A stretch of DNA of 64,000 bases from Patescibacteria group bacterium (GTDB lineage Bacteria; Patescibacteriota; Microgenomatia; UBA10105; UBA927): positions 65,429 to 129,428 of the forward strand of contig DATKGN010000006.1 in assembly GCA_035510735.1 (NCBI GenBank). Direction: 5' to 3'. The stretch's first letter is position 1. Every line of letters begins with the position of its first letter. The translations under genes were made by a program, and so were the position numbers. The notes under the pieces are model-generated. The model saw only the letters and a list, made by a program, of their open reading frames with translations, had not been told where the DNA came from and made no database searches. This document shows, in pieces, positions 48,276-57,821 of this stretch.

Positions 48276-49501
48276 TTTCCTAAATTACGGGCATAGTGTT
48301 GGAACAGATTGCCTTTTTCTTCGAAATTTTTCCAAATGCTATAACTTGGTGAGGCGGTGGAAAGAAGACATGATGACCCTTGTGGCGTATGTTTATACGC
48401 GAAAGAAACCGCTTCTTCCATATTTGATGTTGAAAGTACGGTAAAATCTTCTTTAGGATACTCGTTCAATAATTTAAAGATAGTAATACCGCTGTCAGGA
48501 AACAATACTATATAACGTATCTCCCGTTCATGGATGAGCCGTATAAGTGATCGAAAATCATAGCCTCTGTCCTGGCCGCCCAAGAAAATTGTCTTCACGG
48601 AATCGATTGCAAGAATCGCACTTATCGTAGATTCAGGAGTGGTTGATATCGCATCGTCATAAAATGAAATCCCATGGAATATTCCGACAAGCTCCAGTCT
48701 GTGAGGCAAAGGGTGAAAGGCGCGAACGGCAGTTTGCATAATATCGGTTGGGATATCAAATATTTTTCCTACTGTAACCGCTGCACGGACATTATCATTA
48801 TTATGTTTTCCTAATAAGGGGATAACAGTATCACTGAAAGGCAATTTTTCTACATAGGGCACTGACTTTGCTTTTATTGATAACGATAATTGCTTTAACC
48901 GGTCAAACTTCGGATTAAATACGAAAAAATCTTTGGGTTTCGAAAAAGAAACGATCCTTTTTTTCGCCTCCCAATACGCCTCCACGGATCCGTGATAATT
49001 CATATGTTCGGGGAAAAAATCTATAAACACAGCTATGTGCGGTGAATAGGCAATATCATCCAGCTGATAACTTGAAAGCTCGCACACATACATGTCATCG
49101 CTTCCCTTTTCAGATAATAATTCAGTTAACATAGGCTTTCCGATATTTCCCACAAGATGAGAGCGTCGCCCCGATCCAAGCAATATGTCATGGATGAGTG
49201 AACTCGTTGTGCTTTTTCCTTTTGTTCCCGTTACGCCCACCGTAACACCCTTCGTGTTCGCAAAGAATATATTCGTTGCGGTTGTATAAGGAACATAAAT
49301 AAGTTCTTTCTTGATCCCTGGGGATTTAATTACTAAATCATATTTATCCTGCCCGGATAAATATTCCGGTCCGTCTTCTCTGTCAACAATGTCAACAGTT
49401 GCCGACGGGACTTTCTCACGTAAAAATTGTTCCGTCGATTTGCCCTCAATACCGAATCCCGCAATAAGAATTTTTTTATGTTCAAGGTCGTTCAGTTTCA
49501 T
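48272..49501 (-). CDS. murD: UDP-MurNAc-L-Ala glutamate ligase (probably L-Glu-specific MurD2 type)
   Basis: KSPGI, GTKGKSTT, GNIG, ELSSYQL, PHRLE, DDAISTTP; coupled to murL. Confidence 0.9.
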   Translation of the reverse strand: MKLNDLEHKKILIAGFGIEGKSTEQFLREKVPSATVDIVDREDGPEYLSGQDKYDLVIKSPGIKKELIYVPYTTATNIFFANTKGVTVGVTGTKGKSTTSSLIHDILLGSGRRSHLVGNIGKPMLTELLSEKGSDDMYVCELSSYQLDDIAYSPHIAVFIDFFPEHMNYHGSVEAYWEAKKRIVSFSKPKDFFVFNPKFDRLKQLSLSIKAKSVPYVEKLPFSDTVIPLLGKHNNDNVRAAVTVGKIFDIPTDIMQTAVRAFHPLPHRLELVGIFHGISFYDDAISTTPESTISAILAIDSVKTIFLGGQDRGYDFRSLIRLIHEREIRYIVLFPDSGITIFKLLNEYPKEDFTVLSTSNMEEAVSFAYKHTPQGSSCLLSTASPSYSIWKNFEEKGNLFQHYARNLGK

Positions 49502-50850
49502 ATCGCGGGTAGTAGAGATATAAATTCGCTAGGAATATTATGATGATCAGATGCTGACCTCGCGAACCCGGCAGATAATGGTTTTTGATTTAATAAGGTA
49601 GTGAGTGAAGGCAATAATGTTTTTATAACGATGTCGTCGTGAAACTCTCCTCGTTTCAAAATCATAGCAAACGCATACAACGACTCCTCGGGCGTTCCGA
49701 CGCATTCAAACGGTTTAAATCCCTCAACTCCTATCAGTTGTTTATACAGCCCTAAAAGACTAATGTCCGATAACAAATTTTTGTTAAAAATAGTAACGAC
49801 GGTCTCCTTTGGTAAAAAGGCAGCAAGGATGAGAAATACAAATGCACATTTTGGACAGACACCGCACCATTTTGTAGAAGGTTTTATACCGGCGATTTTA
49901 AAATTCGTATTACAACTCGTAAAAGCTTCAAAAAACTTTGGATAGTTACAAAAAATCTCAGCAACTCGAATTTCCTTAACGGGTCTCAGGAATGAAAAAC
50001 AATTCAAATCAGGAGAGATATATTTCTTTATATATTCCTGGAGTAACAGTTCAAATTCAAAAGATTTACTCCACTGATGATTAACCTCTTCCCCTAAATA
50101 TCTGACGTTTCCATAATTCGCGCTCTCTTCGTTAGAAGAAATCACATAGCGGTAATCAAACAGGACTGCTGAAAGGACACCAACCATCATATAGATGGCA
50201 GTAATAGGAATATGCCCATTATAAACCTGAGGTTCCTTATTCAACTGAAATAGTTGGGGATCAATTAATCTCCCCACAGTCATAGCAGGCTTACCTAGAA
50301 TTCCCGCCACGTCAGATTGAATCGCGTGTTTATTTAGAGTAAATAGTGAAAATTCTTTGTGAGATTTTGCCAGTAACTCTGACGTAACAATTGAATCCTT
50401 TCCTGCACCAAGCAGGACAAGTGATCTGTTCATGAATGATTTCCGGGGTAATTGAGGGCGAAGCCGATCGTCAAACGGGAACTGAAGCAACTTTCGAAAA
50501 TCGATGGAATTCTTATAATAAAATTCCCCGAGTCCCTTCGTATACAGAATATTCCAAAAATCAGCCTGTTTCCGCGTAAGACTGTATGTTTCTATAGATA
50601 TTTTTTTCGGGCTATACGTCTTCCAGTAGCTGATCCCTAAAACGAGATGAAGCATTTGCAGTACTCCCGAAAGAGTTTCCTTCTCCACATCCCGGAGAAC
50701 ATCTTTTGTAACATTTAGAATAGTGAGGCGTTCAGTAAAATTGTATGAATTCCGTGCAGTTTGAAGTGTATAGTGAAAATCAATTGTTCCTTCGGTTAAC
50801 CGCGCTTCATATCGGGTAAAAATAAAATGGGTATTAGTCTGTTGACCCAT
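49498..50850 (-). CDS. murL: UDP-MurNAc-L-Ala-L-Glu epimerase
   Basis: GISYWK, GAGKDS, YNGHIPITAI, SNEESAN, VNHQWSKS, WCGVCPKC, KPFECVG. Confidence 0.85.
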   Translation of the reverse strand: MGQQTNTHFIFTRYEARLTEGTIDFHYTLQTARNSYNFTERLTILNVTKDVLRDVEKETLSGVLQMLHLVLGISYWKTYSPKKISIETYSLTRKQADFWNILYTKGLGEFYYKNSIDFRKLLQFPFDDRLRPQLPRKSFMNRSLVLLGAGKDSIVTSELLAKSHKEFSLFTLNKHAIQSDVAGILGKPAMTVGRLIDPQLFQLNKEPQVYNGHIPITAIYMMVGVLSAVLFDYRYVISSNEESANYGNVRYLGEEVNHQWSKSFEFELLLQEYIKKYISPDLNCFSFLRPVKEIRVAEIFCNYPKFFEAFTSCNTNFKIAGIKPSTKWCGVCPKCAFVFLILAAFLPKETVVTIFNKNLLSDISLLGLYKQLIGVEGFKPFECVGTPEESLYAFAMILKRGEFHDDIVIKTLLPSLTTLLNQKPLSAGFARSASDHHNIPSEFISLLPAI

Positions 50851-50861
50851 ATGCTTGGTAT

Positions 50862-51911
50862 CTAATACAGCGGCTGTTTCGTGATGAGAGACAGCCATAA
50901 TCCGAATACGGCAAATACGATGCTGATGATCCAAAACCGCATGACAATTTTAGGCTCCGGCCACCCGTTGTATTGAAGCCACAAGTGAAGCGGTGCCACA
51001 GAAAAAAGTTTTCTTCCGAAAAACTTTTTCCAAAATAATTGCAGAAATGATGATGAGACCTCAACAACGAATACAGCGCCTATGATAACGAGTGCGGGAG
51101 CTTTACCCAGAATTAACCCGACAACGGCGAGTGTTGCGCCGAATGATAACGCTCCAACGTCGCCGAGAAAAATTCTTGCCGGAAAAATATTGAAATACAA
51201 AAATGCGATAAGGCTTCCGAGCCAAATCGCGATAAATACGGAGAGTGGCGAATCAAGAATCGACGCGGAAATAATCCAAAATGCGGTAAGTGCGATAAGA
51301 AGAACTCCCGAAGCCATACCGTCTAATCCATCTGTAATATTAAATGCGTTCGCAAACGCGATAATGATAAACGAGGATATAAGAATATATATCCAACCTA
51401 TATGAATCGTACCGTAAAGCGGAACGTAAAATATATCAATTTTTAAATCGTGCACAAGCCAATAGCTGATGATGCCAGCTAAGATGATCTCTAATATTAA
51501 TTTGTGGCGAAGACGAAGCCCAAAAAAACCTGTGGACGCCCATAAAAACGTTTTTTTTGCATCATCAAGTAAACCCAATAGGCCAAATGAAACAAATGTA
51601 AAAAGAATAATTTTAATTTCGGACACCATGGGATACACTGAGGTTATCGGAATCCAAAAGTACCTCATGATGAGAAGGGCAAGCGGAACGATGATGGTCG
51701 TCAATAGAATGATCAGTACGCCTCCTCCAACCGGAGTGCCTGCCTTTTTCTGATGAAACCGGTCAAAAATAGGGGTCCGTTTATCAAACGCATCCAGCGT
51801 TTTTTGCCTTAGTCGCTGAAATCGCCATTTATACAACAGCCGGATAAACGGAACATAAAGCAAACTCGCACAAAACCAGGAAAATAATAATAAACCAAGT
51901 AAAAATCCCAT
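50862..51911 (-). CDS. mraY: Phospho-MurNAc-pentapeptide transferase
   Basis: KAGTPVGGG, LLDD, NAFNITDGLDG, IFLGDVG, APLH. Confidence 0.95.
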   Translation of the reverse strand: MGFLLGLLLFSWFCASLLYVPFIRLLYKWRFQRLRQKTLDAFDKRTPIFDRFHQKKAGTPVGGGVLIILLTTIIVPLALLIMRYFWIPITSVYPMVSEIKIILFTFVSFGLLGLLDDAKKTFLWASTGFFGLRLRHKLILEIILAGIISYWLVHDLKIDIFYVPLYGTIHIGWIYILISSFIIIAFANAFNITDGLDGMASGVLLIALTAFWIISASILDSPLSVFIAIWLGSLIAFLYFNIFPARIFLGDVGALSFGATLAVVGLILGKAPALVIIGAVFVVEVSSSFLQLFWKKFFGRKLFSVAPLHLWLQYNGWPEPKIVMRFWIISIVFAVFGLWLSLITKQPLY

Positions 51912-51915
51912 AGCG

Positions 51916-52290
51916 TTATATTCCGAAACGGGGCGCCAGATAAGGCAGATATATTGTGCAAGCGACAATCACGGCACCCATTGCTATCATGAGCATCATA
52001 CCTGCAGATACGTCTTTTGCTATTCTCGCCTCCTCCCTCCATTCTTTCGTAATTAAATCTGTCATCGCCTCCAACGCGGTGTTAATCATCTCCCCTGCCA
52101 AACCCAACATAACCGTAAACACAATGATTGCCATTTCTACGGAGGTGATATGCAGATAAATACCTAGTAAAACGGCAAAACCAGCGAGAGTCAAATGAAC
52201 CCGGAAATTAGGTTGGGTCGTGAGTGCCCACATAAGACCCCGAAACGCGTTCTTAAATGAAATATGATGCTGTCGTAACGCCCTCATCAT
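51916..52290 (-). CDS. dgkA: Diacylglycerol/undecaprenol kinase
   Basis: SFKNAFRG, NFRVH, EMINTALE, AKDVSAG. Confidence 0.9.
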   Translation of the reverse strand: MMRALRQHHISFKNAFRGLMWALTTQPNFRVHLTLAGFAVLLGIYLHITSVEMAIIVFTVMLGLAGEMINTALEAMTDLITKEWREEARIAKDVSAGMMLMIAMGAVIVACTIYLPYLAPRFGI

Positions 52291-52345
52291 AAAAGTTCCC
52301 TCTTTCTAAGTATAGAGTTTCAGGCAAAGAAACACAAACCGGGGA

Positions 52346-53356
52346 CTAGTATCCCCGAAGCTTGCGTCGTACGGCTTCAATGGATTTCGGAATCAAATAG
52401 AACGGGGAAAACGCATAGTCCTGAGCGTGAATATAGTTTATTTCACGTCCTCCGAATCCCTTTTTGAACAGTGTTATTCCCCGCCATGGGTGGTTTGGCT
52501 TATCATCAGGCGCTATTCCATAAAAATTGTATACTATAATTCCTCTTTTTTTAGCCTCACGAATCGCCTCCCATTGCACGAGATATGAAACCGGGGTTTT
52601 ACTCATGAGTGAGGCACCATGATGATAAATCGCCTGATTTCCGTAAAATAACAGTATTGTGCTAGCAATGAGATCCTTACCATCAAATCCAAGTAATAAC
52701 AACGCGTTATTCTCTTTGGCAAACAATTCAAATTCCTCAGAAATTGACGTATGAGCAACGAAACCATGCCTCCTTGATGTTTCCTCATATAGTTTGTAAA
52801 AATACCGTAAATCCTTCTTCTCTGTCGTCTTCACAACCCTGACGCCCAGCTTTTGCGCTTGACGGATCTCATATCGCGTCGTCTTGCGCATCCCCATAAG
52901 GAGTTCCTCTTCAGTTTTATTTAAATCCAGTACCCAACAACGCTCTGCGTCCACTTCATGTATAGAGGCCGGAATAAAGTGCAACTCCGACAAAAATTTG
53001 TGAGCTTCCGGCGTATTTATAATAAGCGGACTAACCCGCAAAAACCATGCGTGTTCTTTCAGGGCCAGCGGCTTCAACAGAGAAATAAATTCTCGCCAAA
53101 AGGCATTCGTTTGATCCCGCCAAATCGGTCCGTGACGCACATGCAGGAATGTCCCTCTTCGCGCACGGACAACAAAAATCTGCGCAATGCCGATTAATGT
53201 ATTGTTGTCAAAAATCCCAAGCCTATGGACGGTCTGACCGGTTTTTTTCTGCACTTCACCCCAAGTCCAACTCTGAAACAAAGCCTCAGGAGAATTTGTA
53301 AGGAGAAAATTTTCCCATTGTTTCATTGAATCAATTGATGTCAATCGCAAGTTCAT
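52346..53356 (-). CDS. FemABX-family aminoacyl-tRNA-dependent peptidoglycan ligase
   Basis: FQSWTWG, HGP, LDL...MRKTTRYEIR, QWEAIREAK, YNFYGI, LFKKGFGG. Confidence 0.88.
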   Translation of the reverse strand: MNLRLTSIDSMKQWENFLLTNSPEALFQSWTWGEVQKKTGQTVHRLGIFDNNTLIGIAQIFVVRARRGTFLHVRHGPIWRDQTNAFWREFISLLKPLALKEHAWFLRVSPLIINTPEAHKFLSELHFIPASIHEVDAERCWVLDLNKTEEELLMGMRKTTRYEIRQAQKLGVRVVKTTEKKDLRYFYKLYEETSRRHGFVAHTSISEEFELFAKENNALLLLGFDGKDLIASTILLFYGNQAIYHHGASLMSKTPVSYLVQWEAIREAKKRGIIVYNFYGIAPDDKPNHPWRGITLFKKGFGGREINYIHAQDYAFSPFYLIPKSIEAVRRKLRGY

Positions 53357-53392
53357 GGTTGTATTGTACCTTAGACAGCCTAGTAATTGAAT

Positions 53393-53731
53393 CTATGAGC
53401 GCACGAGTGAATGAAGTATCGTCGAAATAATAGAAAGAAGTATTGAACCGATAAGCGCCGTTACAAAGCCGTCTACTTTAAATCCTGGAGTCAACGCGCT
53501 TGCTAAAAGCAGCATACATGCATTAATAACAAATGTAAAAAGCCCGAGCGTAATGATCGTAATCGGCAAAGTCAAAAGAAGGAAAACCGGCTTCACAAGA
53601 GCATTGACTAACCCGATAACTGCGGCAGCTATAAGCGCTGACCAAAAATCGTGTATATGGATCCCCTGTAGAATTCTAGAGACCAAATATAATGCGACAG
53701 CATTTAAAAACCAATTGGCGATGAATTTCAT
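53393..53731 (-). CDS. YvlD/phage-holin-4-like 4-TM membrane protein
   Basis: NALVKP..LLTLP..TLGLF..VINA, GF.VDGF..AL. Confidence 0.85.
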   Translation of the reverse strand: MKFIANWFLNAVALYLVSRILQGIHIHDFWSALIAAAVIGLVNALVKPVFLLLTLPITIITLGLFTFVINACMLLLASALTPGFKVDGFVTALIGSILLSIISTILHSLVRS

Positions 53732-54384
53732 ATCACTATTCTATGATACACTTTTTCATCCTTCACCGTCGTTGTTTCACCATGACCCGGATAAAGAACG
53801 GTAGCACTCGGAAAACGCAAAATTCTATGGATTGAATGATCAATTTCAGCTTTACTCGAGTAAGAAAAATCAGTTCTCCCGATAGCTCCCTGCGCAAAGA
53901 TTGTATCCCCGACAAAAACAGAATTACTTGATGAAAGTGATAAACATACGCTCCCCGGAGTATGACCCGAAGTTGACAATACAGAAACGAAGCTTTGGCC
54001 AAACTGTATTTTATCCCCATTTGTCATAAGATGATCTACCTTCGGTGGAGCTTCTATGACAACATGTTCTAAGAAATACTCAGCGGTTTCCTTCATCCGT
54101 TTAACCAAAAATGCATCAGCTTCATGTATATAAAATGGAATATGATAAATCATTTGAAGCTCACTGACCCCCATAATGTGATCAAAATGGCCATGAGTTG
54201 CAATAATCCCCGTAGGGATACAGTGCAGTTGTTCTGCCTGTTCTGCTATATAATTCCCCTCGTCGCCCGGGTCAATAATAATTGTTTTGTCAGTTGAAGT
54301 ATCTGTGACAAGATAACAATTTTCTTCCATCTTACCTACTGTAAATGTACGTATCCGTACCGGTGATACGCTCATTTTTTTCAT
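53728..54384 (-). CDS. MBL-fold metallo-hydrolase (glyoxalase II-like)
   Basis: NCY, IDPG, THGHFDH, GHTPGS, GDTIF, GRTD, PGHG. Confidence 0.9.
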   Translation of the reverse strand: MKKMSVSPVRIRTFTVGKMEENCYLVTDTSTDKTIIIDPGDEGNYIAEQAEQLHCIPTGIIATHGHFDHIMGVSELQMIYHIPFYIHEADAFLVKRMKETAEYFLEHVVIEAPPKVDHLMTNGDKIQFGQSFVSVLSTSGHTPGSVCLSLSSSNSVFVGDTIFAQGAIGRTDFSYSSKAEIDHSIHRILRFPSATVLYPGHGETTTVKDEKVYHRIVI

Positions 54385-55616
54385 ACGCATTTCTTTATAA
54401 CAAAGTCAATCTGCCGGGAAGTTAAGAGCGTCGGGAAATTAAGAATGTGTTTGGCAACCGACTCCGCACGTGGACAGGAGCCGCGAACGTATGATACGGA
54501 CTTAAAATCAACCCCAACCGGATCAATAACATTATGGTACCAGTTTCCAAGTAATATTCCTTCATTCTTTGCATTACGTCGGAGGCGTTCCGGATCAACC
54601 GCCAAAACCGGAAATCTCAGATATATAGATTCCTTCGGATATGAAAGAAGCTCAAATCCTTTGGCCTTTTCCAAAACTGTAATGTATTTCGCCGCACGCT
54701 CTTTACGGATTGCATTGTACCTAGTCAATTTCGCAAGCTGTTTTGTGAGCAACAGCGCTAAACCGTTCGGATACTTAGCGGGGAAGTCTATTGGTTTCCT
54801 CCCTTGCTTTTCAATAGGATATACCGGAAATGACAAAAGTTTAATTCGTTGAGATAAAACAAGAATTACCTTTCCTAATCCGATATTGTAGATGGGCAAA
54901 ATTATAGAAAAAACAACCGGATGAATTAATTGCTGGAAAACCCAAAAACGTGATGGGTATAACAGGTGTTTGTGAAAGTTTTTTAATTTTGTCCATGTTT
55001 CACCGTGAGATTTAGAAATAATCGCCATGCCGCCAAAAACGCTTGATAGTACCTTATCGCGGCCGAAACTGAAAAATGCGGCATCTCCGAATGTACCAAC
55101 CTTCCTTCCTTGGAACGTTACCCCCAAACTATGCGCACAATCTTCTATAACAAATAAATGATGCTTCCGCGCAAATGTCATAACCGAATTCATATCTGCG
55201 GGGAGTCCCAATGTATGCTGCACAATAATAGCCCTGGTTCTTTTCGTTACTTTCTTTGCCGCATCGACAATATCAATGTTGAGCGTCGCGTCAATATCAA
55301 CATATACCGGCTTCGCTCCTGTCCACAAAACACTGTTCGGTACTGCAACACACGTAAATGCCTGAACTAACACTTCATCATTTCGACCGATGTTAAATGC
55401 ATCTAAAAGTGCATAGAGAGCGGACCTGCCGCTATTGAATGATAGTGCGTGATTACCTGAAAAATTCCTTTCAAACCATTCTTCCGTACGTCGCACCGCA
55501 CTTCCACGCATCCACCGCCACGGTGAAAGAAGTATCTGCAGGGTTAGCCACACATCATCAGACTCTGTGTTAGGGGATAATGATCCTGAAATTACTTTTC
55601 GAAAATATTTTAGCAT
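54381..55616 (-). CDS. DegT/DnrJ/EryC1/StrS PLP-dependent aminotransferase
   Basis: NSGRSAL, AFTC.AV, IEDCAHSLG, FSFGRDK. Confidence 0.88.
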   Translation of the reverse strand: MLKYFRKVISGSLSPNTESDDVWLTLQILLSPWRWMRGSAVRRTEEWFERNFSGNHALSFNSGRSALYALLDAFNIGRNDEVLVQAFTCVAVPNSVLWTGAKPVYVDIDATLNIDIVDAAKKVTKRTRAIIVQHTLGLPADMNSVMTFARKHHLFVIEDCAHSLGVTFQGRKVGTFGDAAFFSFGRDKVLSSVFGGMAIISKSHGETWTKLKNFHKHLLYPSRFWVFQQLIHPVVFSIILPIYNIGLGKVILVLSQRIKLLSFPVYPIEKQGRKPIDFPAKYPNGLALLLTKQLAKLTRYNAIRKERAAKYITVLEKAKGFELLSYPKESIYLRFPVLAVDPERLRRNAKNEGILLGNWYHNVIDPVGVDFKSVSYVRGSCPRAESVAKHILNFPTLLTSRQIDFVIKKCV

Positions 55617-55628
55617 AGATCTACAAAG

Positions 55629-57089
55629 CTATTTTAGTGATAATCGTAATGCTTTCGCCGCCTCTCTCCCTTTAAATAAGACTGTGTCTCCGCTTGAAAC
55701 CGTACTTTCAATATATTTCGCGGTATCTACGGATGACATAACTGCTACTTTCATTTGTCTGTTTGATGACCTAGCCCCCGCCATAAACGACTTATTATAA
55801 TTTGCGTTTGTTAAAATAATACTATCGCATGTGTTTCCCGCATACGCCCCTATCTCACGATGACTCTCCTGCGCATATGAACCTAACTCAATCATAGGCT
55901 GAAAGACGAGAAATTTTTTACCTTTTCTTGTCGATAAAAAATCGATTGCAGCCTTTGCCGCATCAGGATTATTGTTAAATGTATCATCTATAAACAAAGA
56001 CCTGTTTATACCCTTTATTGGGGTCATTGTCTTATCGAAAGGATGAATCAAACGGCATGCCCGCGCCGCCTCATCTAGGGTCATACCACTCTCAATGGCA
56101 ACTGCAAGGGCAGCCAAAACATTGCTAGCCTGATGGAGGCCGTATAATGTTGCGACGATTTGCGTAGACGTTTTGCCGAAGTGATATATAAACTTAAGAC
56201 CTCTTTCTGAGGAGGTTATTTGATCAGCCCGATACTCAGCCTGTACTGATTGTGCAGATTTTTTTGTTGTATATAACCGTACACTTACTCCATCCTTTCT
56301 TGCCCATCCTGACATTGTCCGTGTGAATTCATTATCCGCATTAAAGAGTGCAACTCGCTTACCAGATAAACCGCGGATCAGTTCATACTTCGCTTTCATG
56401 GTCGTCTCAATACTGCCAAATAAATCCTGATGTTGTGCATTAATCGCAGTCACGACACCGATTTCGGGCCTTACTATTGAACACATCCGTTCGATTTCCC
56501 CCCGTTTGTATGCCCCCATCTCAACCACAAATACCTCATGCTCCGGACGTAATCTTTGTATGACTGTTTCGGCAATTGCAATAGGAGAATTTTTACTTGC
56601 TTCCGTCTTAAGAGTTCTATATTTCTGACTCAGAATGGTATATAAAACCTCTTTGGTTGATGTTTTACCGTAGCTGCCGGTTATACCAATAACGAGCATT
56701 TTTTTATGCGATCGGAGAATATTTGTGGCTTTCCGGATAAGATATTCGTGATACAGATATATCGGAATTTTTGAGAGAAACACCATGAATGCGCTAATCG
56801 GAAACGATAGCAAATCGACAATAAGTAATCTGATAAGAAAAGAAGGTGTTACCATCGACACAAATCCGCCAACGATAATACAGCTTCCGGTAAAAACGAA
56901 TAACGCCCTCGGACCAAACGGTGGTTTTCGAAAACGGGGAAATAAAATGTTTTTTCCTTCTCGGGTATGAAGATGAATAATCATCCGGTCAAAACGATAC
57001 TCTTTTACATACCAAAGAGCCGTATACGTTAATAAATTACAAATAATTCTTATAATCCAAACGATCGCTATTATATATATAAGTAACAT
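55629..57089 (-). CDS. murF: UDP-MurNAc-tripeptide D-Ala-D-Ala ligase with N-terminal TM segments
   Basis: GITGSYGKTSTKE, EMGAYKRGEI, IDDTFNNNP, MIELG, VLFKG. Confidence 0.9.
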   Translation of the reverse strand: MLLIYIIAIVWIIRIICNLLTYTALWYVKEYRFDRMIIHLHTREGKNILFPRFRKPPFGPRALFVFTGSCIIVGGFVSMVTPSFLIRLLIVDLLSFPISAFMVFLSKIPIYLYHEYLIRKATNILRSHKKMLVIGITGSYGKTSTKEVLYTILSQKYRTLKTEASKNSPIAIAETVIQRLRPEHEVFVVEMGAYKRGEIERMCSIVRPEIGVVTAINAQHQDLFGSIETTMKAKYELIRGLSGKRVALFNADNEFTRTMSGWARKDGVSVRLYTTKKSAQSVQAEYRADQITSSERGLKFIYHFGKTSTQIVATLYGLHQASNVLAALAVAIESGMTLDEAARACRLIHPFDKTMTPIKGINRSLFIDDTFNNNPDAAKAAIDFLSTRKGKKFLVFQPMIELGSYAQESHREIGAYAGNTCDSIILTNANYNKSFMAGARSSNRQMKVAVMSSVDTAKYIESTVSSGDTVLFKGREAAKALRLSLK

Positions 57090-57094
57090 AGAGA

Positions 57095-57808
57095 CTACAA
57101 AAATTTGCGGATCGCATTAAAAAAGATTTCCGGTTGTTTGTACGATACCCCATGATCCGCATCAGGTATGACGACAATATTAGCTTGAGGAATAATTTCT
57201 TTCATTTTTTTCGCAATCCACAAAGGCGTTATACGGTCATTTGCTCCCCACGCGAGCACGCAGGGCACCATAACTTTACGCAAACAGGGCATAAGATCCT
57301 CCTGAACAATAATTTTAAACGTTTCCCGCATGACGCCCTTTGCCCGATAAAAGTCGCGGGCGCCGACAACGTAGTAATACCAGGATCGTACCCGATCCTC
57401 AAAAAAACTGAACGGTGGGGCTGAGGAGATAAATTTTCCAATTTTCGCAATGGTTATAAAGAAAATGAGTCTTCTTCGCGGCACTGGTGTAAATCCGGGA
57501 GTTCCGGTTAAAACAAGCATCTTGGTTGCCCTCGGATACAACAGTTGATATTTCAAAGCAACTCTCCCACCGAATGAATGACCGATAAGTATGGGTTTAT
57601 CAATATGATTATTATTCACAAACACATAAAGAAAATCTGCGTAATCTTTTAATGCCAGAGCCTTTGTTGGCATTACTGATTTGCCGAAACCGGGCAAATC
57701 CGGCACAAATACTTTATATTTTTTCCTATCAAACAACTGCGCGAGTAGTTGAAATTTACCAGATGACAGCCCCCACCCGTGAAGTATGATAACTGGTTGT
57801 TTACCCAT
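57095..57808 (-). CDS. Alpha/beta hydrolase
   Basis: LHGWG, DLPGFG, GHSFGG, WGANDR, DH. Confidence 0.9.
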   Translation of the reverse strand: MGKQPVIILHGWGLSSGKFQLLAQLFDRKKYKVFVPDLPGFGKSVMPTKALALKDYADFLYVFVNNNHIDKPILIGHSFGGRVALKYQLLYPRATKMLVLTGTPGFTPVPRRRLIFFITIAKIGKFISSAPPFSFFEDRVRSWYYYVVGARDFYRAKGVMRETFKIIVQEDLMPCLRKVMVPCVLAWGANDRITPLWIAKKMKEIIPQANIVVIPDADHGVSYKQPEIFFNAIRKFL

Positions 57809-57821
57809 ATGATTTGCCCGT

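Noticed and set aside
53393-53731. Holin-family gene as sign of a prophage
   Set aside because: YvlD-like genes are common chromosomal genes; no other phage genes nearby
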